This document shows positions 26,521 to 37,736 of a stretch of 64,000 nucleotides of DNA, one piece after another; the first letter of the stretch is position 1; each line of letters opens with the position of its first letter. The position numbers were made by a program, and so were the translations under genes. The notes under the pieces are model-generated. The model was not told the DNA's origin and ran no database searches. It saw only the letters and a program-made list of their open reading frames with translations. The stretch comes from Octopus sinensis (Eukaryota): positions 45,136,001 to 45,200,000 of the forward strand of contig NC_043005.1 in the NCBI RefSeq assembly GCF_006345805.1, given 5' to 3'.

Positions 26521-27436
26521 TCTGATATTGAAGAATAGATATTCTCAAGAAGACCTTGATTTGGAGCATTGTAGTATTTTAATTTGAATGCCTAAAGACA
26601 TTTTCATTTTTTTTTTAAAAGATTACTAGGTATTTAGCTATGGCTTTGATATTTTGCATTCATATCCTGCTCAGGTTAACTTCATCTTTTATACTTTTGA
26701 GAATCCATAAAATAAAGTACTATTTAATAGCTTTATGATGCGAAGGAAATTACAATAGAAGAAGGCCTGCTTTCATTTATTAATGTTTTATATACAATCT
26801 GAAAGCTTAGTATAGTTCCTGAAATATAGCATCCAACTTTAGCAAATTGTTGTAAATATAAAACATTAAGTTCGTTTTTCATCTCACTTTCAAGAAAACA
26901 TAACCAAAACTGTTGAAAATTTTTAAAGAATTATGTCTTAAAGATGATATTATTATGATGATGAAGACATAGTTGGAAAAATAATGTCATTTTGATAACA
27001 ATACCATGTAAGAGAATGTCTCATAAAAGAAATTTTCTTTAATTTCAAAATTATTCAGCATGTAACAGAAATTTTATAAACAAGATCAAAATATTTAGAT
27101 GTTATCAGCTGGATGCAATATATTTTCCATGTTAACTCATTTTAAAGAAAACAAAATAATATCTTACTGAAGTTTTGTGAGAACTATATAATTCTGATAA
27201 ACATATTGCTTTGAAAGATTCTACAAACTTAAACATTTTTATGAATTATTGAAGTAGGTGTTCACTATGAATTCTTAATAGTAATCAATATGGTTTGTAT
27301 CTTCCACTGGAGTGAAATGCAGAGCATAGCTGAGTGATACATTGGTTGTCAAGAGGTTGTAAAACTTAGGAAAATAATCCTCAGATATGAATTTACACAT
27401 TAAATTAAATAACAAATAATCAACTATTGGGCGCAA

Positions 27437-27599
27437 AATACTTTGAATGTGGTGAAATTTCTGTAAAAACCTACAATGTATGATAATCTTATTGTAATTT
27501 TCATCATCATCATCATCATCATTTAACATCTGTTTGAATACTTTGAATGTGGTGAAATTTCTGTAAAAACCTACAATGTATGATAATCTTATTGTAATT

Positions 27600-27631
<32 letters not shown>

Positions 27632-27644
27632 TTAACATCTGTTT
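27437..27644. repeat. Tandem duplication with about 100-bp period, including an RTE (CAT)n tail
   Basis: aatactttgaatgtggtgaaatttctg...(cat)n ttaacatctgttt occurs twice; copies differ only in CAT number. Confidence 0.9.
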
Positions 27645-29149
27645 TCCATTCTGGAATGGTTTGGACACTTTGTCAAACTGGAGAGCTGCACCAGGCTCCA
27701 GTTGTCTGTTTTGGCATGGTTTCTATAACTGGATGCCCTTCCTAATGGCAACCAATTTACAGAGTGTATTTGGTTGCCTCTTATGTGTTACCAGCACTGA
27801 TGTTTTTTTATGTGGCATCCCTATATTTCATATTTTGTAAAATACATTTAATTTTGGCTACACGCACATGTCCAACACACACACACACACACACACGTAG
27901 ATATGAGTCTGGTTAGGCGATCTCTTTGCAATTTTGTGGTTCCAGATTCATTCCTAATGCATGGCACTCAATAGCTTGAGAGTGAAATTGGAAAATAAAA
28001 ATGGTACAGAAGCCAGTAATACATGTGTATAGATGTATGTAGGTGAGTATGGTTGTGTGTATGTCTATGTTTTGGGGAAGAATCTCTGAGACTGTGGTTA
28101 AATTCCAGTTGGAATACAATGAGAATAAAAAAAAATTTACAGGTAATGTTTGCATTATCTTAAGACGGGAAGCTGGCAAAATCGTTAGCAAGCCAGACAA
28201 AATGTTAGCAGCATTTCGTCTGTCTTTACATTCGAGGTTCAAATTCCGCTGAGTTCAACTTTGCCTTTCATCCTTCTAGGGGTCAATAAAATAAGTACCT
28301 GCTGAGCACTGGGGACTGGTGTAATCAACTTAACCCCTCCCCCAAACTTGCTGGCCTTGTGCCAAAATTTAAAACCGATGCTTTCATTATCTCCCTTGTT
28401 TTATGCTTATACTTATCAAATTATTTATATACGGATGTTCTAAATGTTTTATTTGATATTGTATGTTTAATGCTATATGTTCAATGTTACATATTTAATG
28501 TAAAGTCTTTTAGATGTTTAATGTTTAATGTAATGACTAATTTCCACTTTTAAACAGCTTACCACACCTACTTATGACAATAGCAAGAACAATGATGACA
28601 ATATACTACATTGTTCCATGCTATAAAAACTGGTCACTAAACTCATCAATATTATAAAAGATTTCAAATGCTATTCATTAGTAATGTATCATGTTTACTT
28701 CATGGGAGGTAATTGTTGAAATCCTTTGATAAAACCAATAGTGACTGTTTCAATTATGTAATACAATGGAGCAAAATATGGTGAAATGTATGGTAACAAT
28801 GTAAAATTACTTACATATGTTGAATATGTATATCCTTCGGTTTATATAAAATAAACAGGCTTTAATCACAAATCACAACAATTGTTTCTGTGCAATGTTA
28901 ACGGTTGTTAGTTGCTGAGTTTTCCATATCATATTATAACATAAAATTTCATTTAAATATTTACATAAATGAATATGCTCCAGCAGCAACTGTGTACTGG
29001 CACTTCTTCAGGTGAGTGGGTATGATAGTATTTTGTTTTATGTATACATGTGTATGTGTGTGTATCCATGTCATTTGAGTATGTTACCTTGTATTTCTTT
29101 TGTTGACTTCCTGTGCAGCATTTTATTCTTGTATATATGTATATATATT

Positions 29150-29535
29150 TTTTATACAGTCCCACTGTGTGGCACCTTGGGCAAGTGCCTTCTACTATAG
29201 CCTTGGGCTGACCAAAGCCTTGTGAGTGGATTTGGTAGACGGAAACTGAAAGAAGCCCATCATTTATATGTACATGTATATATGTGTGTGTGTGTGTGTT
29301 TGTGTGTTTGTGTGTGTTTGTGTGCGTGTCTGTGTTTGTCCCCCCAACATCGCTTGACAACCGATGCTGATGTGTTTACGTACCCGTCACTTAGCGGTTC
29401 GGCAAAAAGAGACCGATAGAATAAGTACTAAGCTTACAAAGAATAAGTCCTGGGGTCGATTTGCTCAACTAAAGGCGGTGCTCCAGCATGGCCACAGTCA
29501 AATGACTGAAACAAGTAGAAGAGTAAAAGAGTATA
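29150..29535 (+). mobile_element. Well-preserved tRNA-derived CORE-like SINE (similar copies about 33555-33830, 34365-34720, 46660-47100 minus, 49290-49590 minus)
   Basis: cccactgtgtggcaccttgggcaagtg...ggcggtgctccagcatggccacagtcaaatgactgaaacaagt. Confidence 0.85.
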
Positions 29536-29626
29536 TATATATTATTTAAAACAGTTTGCTTTGGTTCTGTGCGACTTCAGATTTTGCAGGCCCCTGATGG
29601 GAGCCTGACTCTTTCAGGATTCCTAT

Positions 29627-29796
29627 TTTAGGAAGTTAAAAGTTATGACTGGTCATAGAGTGACCATTGGTTTTGCACCTATAAAACACTTTGCAGATGT
29701 ACCTTCAGTCATTTGAGTCTGAGGAGTCACCTATACTGCTAAACATTTTATAGATGTGAGACCAATGGTCACTCTATGACTGACCATAACCTAAAA
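29627..29796. mobile_element. Small foldback MITE-like element
   Basis: gttatgactggtcatagagtgaccattggtttt..cacctataaaa pairs with ttttatagatgtgagaccaatggtcactctatgactgaccataac. Confidence 0.7.
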
Positions 29797-30364
29797 TGTA
29801 TTACAGCTGTAATGCTTTACAGTGTGTTTCTTTTTCAGATATATAAACTACTGATGATATATATATATATAGATATAGATATATATAAATGGGGAAGGTT
29901 GATTTGTGGGATTGCCTTAGGTTTCCCATCCATAAAGGATTTAGCTTTATTGTATATCATCAGATCCCAAAAACCTGTTGGCCAATGACCTCTTAAAAAT
30001 ATGGAGGGGAAAATGCCTCACTACTGAAAGGTAACAACTGGAGATTATCTCCCTTTGCTATTGGTTATCGACTTCCAGCTGTGCCGCCATCTTATGGGAT
30101 CCCAAAAGCTAGCAGTAACCTCCTGAAATGTAAATATGACCTAAATGTTCCCTCACATGTCTTTGTGTATTGTTTTCTGTAAATTTGAATTACATATATA
30201 TATATATATATATCGTGATGTATATTTGCCATTTGAATATGGCTAACCCCTAAGGGTGGATGCTACTGTAGTTTGTAGCCCCAGGAGGACACCTCCTCCA
30301 GCTGGCTATAGACACACTTTCTGTGCCCTATCAGTAGGGAAGCCATCCTTCCCGTCTTCAACTT

Positions 30365-30423
30365 ATGATACACACGGACTCGAGTTTCAGGGTATTGACC
30401 CGTCATCGGCGTGTGACAATCAT
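30365..30423 (-). ncRNA. Type I hammerhead ribozyme (left arm)
   Basis: Minus: AUGAU UGU CACACG CCGAUGA cggu-stem (c-gggu-caau-accc-u) GAAAC UCGA GUC CGUGUG U AUCAU; predicted cut between 30377 and 30376. Confidence 0.88.
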
Positions 30424-30600
30424 AGTTGTCGATGAGAAGTAGGTTCCCCTCACAAATACATATACTTTTTCCAGTATCGATTGACACTGATATTGAAAAA
30501 GTGAAATCATTGTTTGATTTCACTTTTTCAATATCAGTGTCAATCGATACTGGAAAAAGTATATGTATTTGTGAGGGGAACCTACTTCTCATCGACAACT

Positions 30601-30659
30601 ATGATTGTCACACACCGATGACGGGTCAATACCCTGAAACTCGAGTCCGTGTGTATCAT
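30601..30659 (+). ncRNA. Type I hammerhead ribozyme (right arm; one stem I mismatch from CpG decay)
   Basis: AUGAU UGU CACACA CCGAUGA cgggucaauacccu GAAAC UCGA GUC CGUGUG U AUCAU; predicted cut after 30647. Confidence 0.85.
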
Positions 30660-30860
30660 AAGTTGAAGACGGGAAGGATGGCTTCCCTTTGCAAATACTG
30701 ATAGGGCACAGAAAGTGTGTCTATAGCTAGCTGGAAGAGGTGTCCTCCTGGGGCTACAAACTACAGTAGCATCCACCCTTAGGGGTTAGCCATATTCAAA
30801 TGGCAAATATACGTCACGATGTGTTGCTGCTACTGTTTATAACTCGCTCTGAGATTTATC

Positions 30861-30888
<28 letters not shown>

Positions 30889-30891
<3 letters not shown>

Positions 30892-31429
30892 AACAAAATG
30901 TGAATACGGCTTCTCTTGCACTTTTGGGGTGCAAGTTGGTGCAATCACTTTCCGTTGCTTTAATAATCCAGATTCTACCAGTCAGAAACAACAAGACGCA
31001 GACGTAAAATATATATATACTACTTTATTCTCTAATGTGGTAACAGTAACAATAAGTGGTTATCTGGTATCCCTTTGGTCTAAATGTGTCAGTGCTGAAA
31101 CTTATCGCTGTAAAATAAGAAAGTGTTCAAATGCAAAACGACACTGGTCAAAGATGGCGTCCGGAACAGGGAGATGTGGTCTGCAACAATTTGGTTAAAG
31201 GCCTTTTGGTAAGGTGCTGCTAGAATCAAGTTCGGACGGAGAGAAAATATACGTGACCGTCGCCTTCAGTCGCTGCTGTCTCAAGTCACTGCTTGCTGGA
31301 CGCTGGTGGTCAACGTCTTACGACCCCCTTGCCTCGGCTTCTTCTTCCGGTGGTGAAAACACCAACCCCGCACGCGCGAAATACAAATGGACGGTGCGCG
31401 AGCGCGCGCCGTTGTATAGGATCACTACA
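30889..31429 (-). repeat. 3' LTR (541 bp)
   Basis: tgtaac...atcactaca; direct repeat of 32966-33532. Confidence 0.92.
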
Positions 31430-31443
31430 GAGCTCCACCCCAG
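31430..31443 (-). other. Putative polypurine tract
   Basis: Minus ctggggtggagctc directly abuts the 3' LTR. Confidence 0.5.
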
Positions 31444-32946
31444 TGCGTAAGCACGACACAAAATTCCCTGTAGTGACTATAAAACTCAAGGTGGATACCA
31501 GATAACCAAACAGCACACAATATAATAAAATGGCAAAATTTATAACATACACAAGAAATTTACTAAAGGAAAAAGAGAAAAAATACTCAATGAGCAAAAA
31601 TCAAGAGTGCATGCATGAAAGTGTATAAACCCTTCCGCTGAAAGGAGCAGAGGGAAAGCAAAACTCACAGTCAATGAACCTAGGCGAAATTAAATCCAAC
31701 TTCTCTAAAGGTAGTTGATACTGCGAAATAGCAGTTAAATCAATTGCTGCAGGAGAGGAAATGGAATTGACAGAAGCTCGCTAGTAACACAAAAGGCAAA
31801 AGTGCAAACATGCTGGTGTGGTGCGCGACACAGATAATTTTCTGTTAATTACGTGACCAACAGTGGTCTAACAGGGAAAAATAATTACGCCTAAACATGG
31901 TGCAGCGCATGTGAACATCCGACGTCCTTTGAGTCGGGAAAAGAACTAAGCCAACGCAAACGTGTTGCAAAAAACAAGGCAATACACGTGCGAAGCAAAG
32001 GCGCATGAAATGCAATAGTGCTTGCCAGACCGAAAAAAAACAGCAATGAATATGCCAGTGGTTGAGCGATTATATGCCTCGTTCGTACAGGAACAAAGTA
32101 TGACATGCTGGCGCGTTATAATGAACAAACAACCCTCTCTATGTATACGTGACCCCTAGGGTCTATAGAAATGAGGTGTGTAAACAAAGGCAAATTCAGC
32201 ACGGAAAAAAACAAGCGAGAAAAGCATGTGTGACGTATGTATGTGAGAGAGATAGCATTTATGTGTGTATACGTGTGTGCGACAAAAATACATACAAGGT
32301 GAATGCGAGCAAAATATAAAAAAAATACAGCGCATAGAAAAAATGTCTCTCGGGGCTACTCCAGACAAGAGTTAATTTACCAGTCTGTAATAGCCTGATG
32401 CACAATAGCAGTTCGTTCTGTAACAGAAATGTTGAAATCACAAAATGCAGATGCCGGTTGAACACAATGTGTAGCGGTTGTAGCTTCGATGCTGTGACAG
32501 GTTAAATCGTTACAGAAGAATCTCGCGGATAGACTGGGCTGTTAATTCTTGGTGTGCTAATGCACAAACGGCATGTGGGCTAAAGTTCCGCGAGTTGCTA
32601 TGTACATCTTGTGGAGGTCGACGGTGTTGAAAGGCGACGGTGGTGGAGGCGACTGTAGTGGACTTGAGACAACATTCGTTCTTAGTGATGATGGCGACGA
32701 AGATAACGACGACGTGAAGTAGAAAGACGACGATGGCGATGACGAAGGTGGAGAAAAGGCATCGTTGATATGATGGCGTTCGTCATCATGGCTGTAGAAT
32801 AAGAAAGAGGCTCCTTCTACAACTGTTTGTGGTGGCCGGAAACAAATCGTCGAAAGATGATGACTGCGTAGAGTTAAATCGTGTTCCGACTTCGCAGAAA
32901 AACTGGATTTTTTTTGTTGTTCAGTGATCTCTGGTTTTAGACCAGA

Positions 32947-32964
32947 ATCACGTCGGGGTCACCA
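32947..32964 (-). promoter_or_regulatory. tRNA-Trp primer-binding site
   Basis: Minus TGGTGACCCCGACGTGAT, the 18-nt tRNA-Trp PBS known from avian sarcoma-leukosis viruses, 1 nt from the LTR. Confidence 0.93.
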
Positions 32965-32965
32965 G

Positions 32966-33532
32966 TGTAACGAGAATGTGAGTGTGAATATATTCTCTTA
33001 TACTTTCGGGGTACAAGAAAGCAATCACTTTCCGTTGCTTTAATAATCCAGATTCTACCAGTCAGAAACAACAAGACGCAGACGTAAAATATATATATAC
33101 TACTTTATTCTCTAATGTGGTAACAGTAACAATAAGTGGTTATCTGGTATCCCTTTGGTCTAAATGTGTCAGTGCTGAACCTTATCGCTGTAAAATAAGA
33201 AAGTGTTCAAATGCAAAACGACACTGGTCAAAGATGGCGTCCGGAACAGGGAGATGTGGTCTGCAACAATTTGGTTAAAGGCCTTTTGGTAAGGTGCTGC
33301 TAGAATCAAGTTCAGACGGAGAGAAAATATACGTGACCGTCGCCTTCAGTCGCTGCTGTCTCAAGTCACTGCTTGCTGGACGCTGGTGGTCAACGTCTTA
33401 CGACCCCCTTGCCTCGGCTAACTGCTACGTAGGCAAAAGGGTTCTTCTTCCGGTGGTGAAAACACCAACCCCGCACGCGCGAAATACAAATGGACGGTGC
33501 GCGAGCGCGCGCCGTTGTATAGGATTACTACA
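32966..33532 (-). repeat. 5' LTR (567 bp)
   Basis: tgtaac...attactaca; adjacent to the PBS. Confidence 0.92.
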
Positions 33533-34005
33533 TATATATATATATAAATAGGTGCACGAGTGGCTGTGTGGTAAGTAGTTTGCTTACCAACCACAAGGTT
33601 CCAGGTTCAGTCCCACTAAGTGGGCCCTTGGACAAGTATCTTCTACTATAGCCTTGGCCTGACCAAAACCTTGTGAGTGGATTTGGTAGACGGAAACTGA
33701 AAGAAGTCCAGCGTATATATATATATATATATGTATATATGTGTGTGTTTGTGTGCCTATGTTTGTCCCCTCACCAACATCGCTTGACAACCGATGCTGG
33801 TGTGTTTACATCCCCGTAACTTATCGGTTCGGCATCTTATCAAATATCAAAAATTTGAAGTCGAAGATTAGGAAATAAGAAAATATTGGAAATTAAAACA
33901 GTTTGTTCTCATATTCTGCATGTAGATAAGAACATGTTTTATATACATATAGTTGTCTAAGAAGCCATAAGTCAGGAAAATATATCTTCTTATATTTGTC
34001 AATAG

Positions 34006-34079
34006 AGTGAGTATATTGATCAACGTACACAGCATTATAGATCCATTTCAGCCAAATGTACCAACCAATTTTGCACAAG
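34006..34079 (+). CDS. Candidate internal exon of an unidentified host gene
   Basis: tatttgtcaatag| ... caag|gtatga; open frame VSILINVHSIIDPFQPNVPTNFAQ; phase-compatible with 39569-39696. Confidence 0.22.
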
Positions 34080-34264
34080 GTATGAGATAATTAAATATTA
34101 GATAGGTTGGTTAGATAACACCAGACTTTTTCTATATCTGCAACATGTGAAGAGTATGTAGTGTTTGCTAAGTAACCTGTAATATAATATCTGGTTATCT
34201 GATACCAAGTGCAAAACTGATATAAGATCGGCTGAAATGCATTTGTAATACTGTATACTTTCAT

Positions 34265-34349
34265 TATACTAAAATTGGAATGATACAGAGATGATTAGTA
34301 CGGCCCCCGCACATGCCTGACACACAAATTCATGAAGTGTTCCATATTT
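34265..34349 (+). pseudogene. U6: U6 snRNA pseudogene, 5'-truncated
   Basis: tatactaaaattggaatgatacagagatgattag..ggcccc..tgacacacaaattcatgaagtgttccatattt aligns to U6 from about nt 22 to the 3' end, including the ACAGAGA box, with CpG-decay type changes. Confidence 0.92.
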
Positions 34350-35292
34350 GTTTTCTTTTTAGGCACAAGCATGGCTGTGTGGTAAGAAACTTGCTTCCCA
34401 ACTACATCGTTCTGGGTTCAAGCTCACTGTGTGGAACCTTTGGCAAGTGTCTTCTATTGTAGCCCTGGGCTGATCAAAGCCTTATGTATGGGTGGTTTTA
34501 GTTGATAAAAACTGAAAGAAGACTGTCATACATATTCTTAGATATCTATGTAGTCTGTGTGTCATTGTGTTTGTGTTTCGCCCTCACTTCAGCTTAACAA
34601 CTGTTGTTGGTGTGTTTATGAACCTGTAACTTAGCAGTTTGGTAAAACATACTGATAAAATCAGTACCAGACTTAAAAAGAAAGAGAAAGTGCTGGGGTC
34701 AATTCATTTGATAATGATACTTATTTCAAATTTGGCACAAGGCCAGCAATTTCAGGGGAGAGGATAAGTTGATAACTTCGAGCCCAGTGTTGAACTGGTA
34801 GTTATTTTATCAACAGCAAAAGGATGAAAAACAAAGTTGCTCTCAGCAGAATTTGAACACAGAATATAAAGATAGGCAAAATACCACAAAGAATTTTACC
34901 CAGTGTGCTAACAATTCTGCCAGCTGCCACCCTACAGTTAGTTAGCTATGATATTAAATGACAAAATGGTAATCTCAAAGAGCTATGATTTTTCAGGCAA
35001 AGAAAGTGGCCAATTAATTTACACTTTGCAAATATAACTGCAGGAAGGGTATCAGGCTGCAGAAAATCTACCGAAACAAATTTCAAGCAGATGTTAAAAT
35101 GACAATGATGATGATGGTGATGGTGGTGGAGGTGGTGGTGATGGTGGCAGCAGCAGTGTTGGTGGTGTTTGTGGTTGTGGTGGTGGTGATGGTGGTGATT
35201 ACAAATCAATGATGGAGCTTCTGTTCAATCCCTTGTCCCAATAGAACTATCAGGTAAATCACCCTCAAATCATTCATACACAATTGTTTTAA

Positions 35293-35462
35293 CACTTTAG
35301 CATTCAGACCGGCTTTATCAAGTCCAAATATTCTACCTGTTTTAAGTTCAATCTAACTAGACCCAACCTCTCACACCTAACCTACAATAACATTCTAAAA
35401 ATAAACAATCAGATCATTGAACTCTCAAAGAAACAAGACAGAGTAATCTAAAAGCTAAAGGG
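35293..35462. mobile_element. piggyBac-type MITE (second copy about 44185-44394)
   Basis: TTAA|cactttagcattcaga ... gctaaaggg|TTAA. Confidence 0.75.
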
Positions 35463-36905
35463 TTAAATAAAGAGCACATAAGCTGATGTAGGCCTCGATA
35501 CACAAAGACAGAGAATGGTCTTGAAACACAAATGATCATAGTTTTGTTCACTCAAGATTATTCTGGGACTAAACAACAATAACAACTTAAAATATAATTA
35601 AAGTCAAATTTTACCTGTCAGTTTTTTATATTCAAATCACAAAAGGTTTAGAAATCTTTGACTAACAAATGATATAAAAAAAGATCCATTCTTTTTATTA
35701 CAAATTCATATAAGTTGAAGGTATAACTAGATTTTTTGTTCACTTTTATTTCTAGTTTTTATGTCTTCATGTTGAAGAATTTTGTGGTAGTTGCTGCTAC
35801 TGCTGTTGTAGTTGCTGTCTTTTCTACTGCTATAGCCATTCAACCATGAAGTACAAGAGAGCCTGTTATCCATCAAGCAAGTTGAGAAACAAAGTTTTTT
35901 TCGTTTTCTGTTTGTTTATGCCTTGTCATCTCATGCAGTGAAGTTTGAATTCATTAAGATATGAGTTGAAATCCTGAACCTTAAGCTATTATATATGTCA
36001 GATTTTAAACATAAATAACATCCAAATGATAGTTTTTTGATGGTATCTTTTTGAATAGGTTGAGTCTCAAAATGTCTTTAAAATAGGTTGAGTATACAAA
36101 ACATTGAAAAAGTTCCAAGCAAAGTAAATATTAAATGTTATTAGTAAAAGTAGATATGAAAGAAAGAATAGCTACAAACATCAAAGAATTTTTTTTTAAG
36201 AAAGAAAACAGATTTCTTCAATCATTTAGCTGACAATATGATATGAAATTAACAGGGACTGTTTGAATGGTGGATAGGTTATTGAACTATTATATTAGAA
36301 ATAAATATTCTTTATTCAATGTGTGCCAAAAGCTATGTGAAGAAATATAGCTCCTTGTTTTATTCACAGAAAGTCATATCACAGAGTAGAAAGACAGACA
36401 AAATGAATACTATTATTTAAGTAAAATTCTCTCACCTCTTTAGCATTATCAAATTTAATGTCCTACATCTTTACCACTCCCCATTTAATGAATGTGGTAT
36501 TTATTTTGATAAATTCTAAAGGATTAAAGTGGTCTAAACATTCAGTTACCAAAAATTTATTTCAATATAAACTGAGCATTCGAAGATTTAGTTTTAGCTA
36601 CTATGATATATATTAATCCACACACGGTACTTACATGTTATGGAAAAATCACTCAAAACTTTGATGAGCTGAGCATCAGTGCAAACTGGATCCTGGTCAG
36701 TCAAATATTATTTTACTTCTATTACAAACCTCTTTTGGCCACAGCACACACTCAAAAATGTTTTTGCTAAAGCCTTTTTCAATACAAAATATTTCAATAC
36801 ATGTGATCCTTTGTTTCCTTCTCTTCATTTTATTTGTGTTATCTATCTCAAACTTACTTTGTGAATATAAACACAGGTATATTTTCAGTAAAACAATTTA
36901 TTATG

Positions 36906-37341
36906 TAGAATAGTTGTATACTGTCAATCTAACACGAACGTGACAGTAGTGGGGTACACCACCTCTGTATAGCCCTAGGAAGCATCGAACGCCTCCTGAT
37001 GGCTTTGACACATTTTTCCCTGTGTCCTTATATACATTTACGAAGGGGAGACATACACCCCCAGCCGCCGAAGCTGCATCTAGGGACACGTGTTTCAGGA
37101 TCATTGTCCTTCATCGGCCTAGAGTAGCAGACACCAGTCAACTGGTGATATTTGTCTCGACTTCGCAATTGTATATATCTATAATTCAGTGAAGTCTATT
37201 CACTGATTATCAAAATAAGAAATACTGAATTTCTAAATCTCTCGTAGAGACATGTATGGTGGTGGGGTGATAGAATAGTTGTATACTGTCAATCTAACAC
37301 GAACGTGATGGTAGGGGGGTACACCACCGCTGTATAGCCCT
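36906..37341 (-). mobile_element. Retrozyme or Penelope pLTR-like element: 365-nt unit plus 71-bp terminal direct repeat
   Basis: Direct repeats 36906-36976 and 37271-37341 (4 mismatches); internal hammerhead; many local hairpins; no ORF. Confidence 0.85.
37074..37130 (-). ncRNA. Type I hammerhead ribozyme, apparently intact
   Basis: Minus: CUGC UAC UCUAGG CCGAUGA AGGA-caauga-UCCU GAAAC ACGU GUC CCUAGA U GCAG; predicted cut between 37085 and 37084. Confidence 0.92.
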
Positions 37342-37663
37342 GTGAAAAACCATTAGTTATGTGAAAATATTTTTATTTTAATATATACATAATTACTTAG
37401 AAAAAGCTACTCCTTATATTAAGAAGTTAAACTTATTTTAATTAAACAAAAAATATATACATATATAAAAATTTAACACATTTTCAACCTTTTCTCAGTA
37501 TATATGTAAGTGTTTATTCTCTCTCTCTCTCTCTCTCTCTCCTTCTAAAGTCCATCTTTCTTCCTTTTATATACATATCCATCCCCATAACTCAGTAGCC
37601 AACTTACTGCTAAAACCATTTATATTGAAATATTTCCATCAATTCTTACATATGTTAAAATGT

Positions 37664-37736
37664 TTTACCTGAGGATGGTTTACATAATGGGTGCATTTCC
37701 TATTATATATTATGCAAACCTGAAACATACATATTA
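37664..37736 (+). ncRNA. Decayed hammerhead-like motif
   Basis: uuuac CUGAGGA u-gguu..long stem..aacc-u GAAAC auac AUA uuaaa; at least three helix mismatches. Confidence 0.35.

Larger units (their letters stand above)
30212..30820. mobile_element. 609-bp near-perfect palindrome of two head-to-head hammerhead-bearing units
   Basis: Arms 30212-30509 and 30515-30820 with a 5-nt loop ttgtt; about 4 substitutions plus one 8-nt indel; left flank is (TA)n. Confidence 0.95.
30889..33532 (-). mobile_element. Non-autonomous LTR retrotransposon (Gypsy-like, no recognisable gag/pol) inserted in (TA)n
   Basis: Two TG..CA direct repeats (30889-31429 and 32966-33532), PBS, purine-rich tract, TATA flanks compatible with a 4-bp TSD, AATAAA on minus at 31024-31029. 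Confidence 0.92.

Noticed and set aside
30263-30776. Mirror ORFs 30263-30598 (-) and 30426-30701 (+) with identical N-termini
   Set aside because: A direct consequence of the palindrome; no protein similarity recognised
31430-32946. gag/pol ORF in the LTR element interior
   Set aside because: Only short Ser/Pro-rich frames; no zinc knuckle, protease, RT or integrase motif seen
36635-36692. Minus-strand exon candidate DPVCTDAQLIKVLSDFSIT with gtaagt donor
   Set aside because: Weak polypyrimidine tract, opposite strand to the other candidates, no homology recognised
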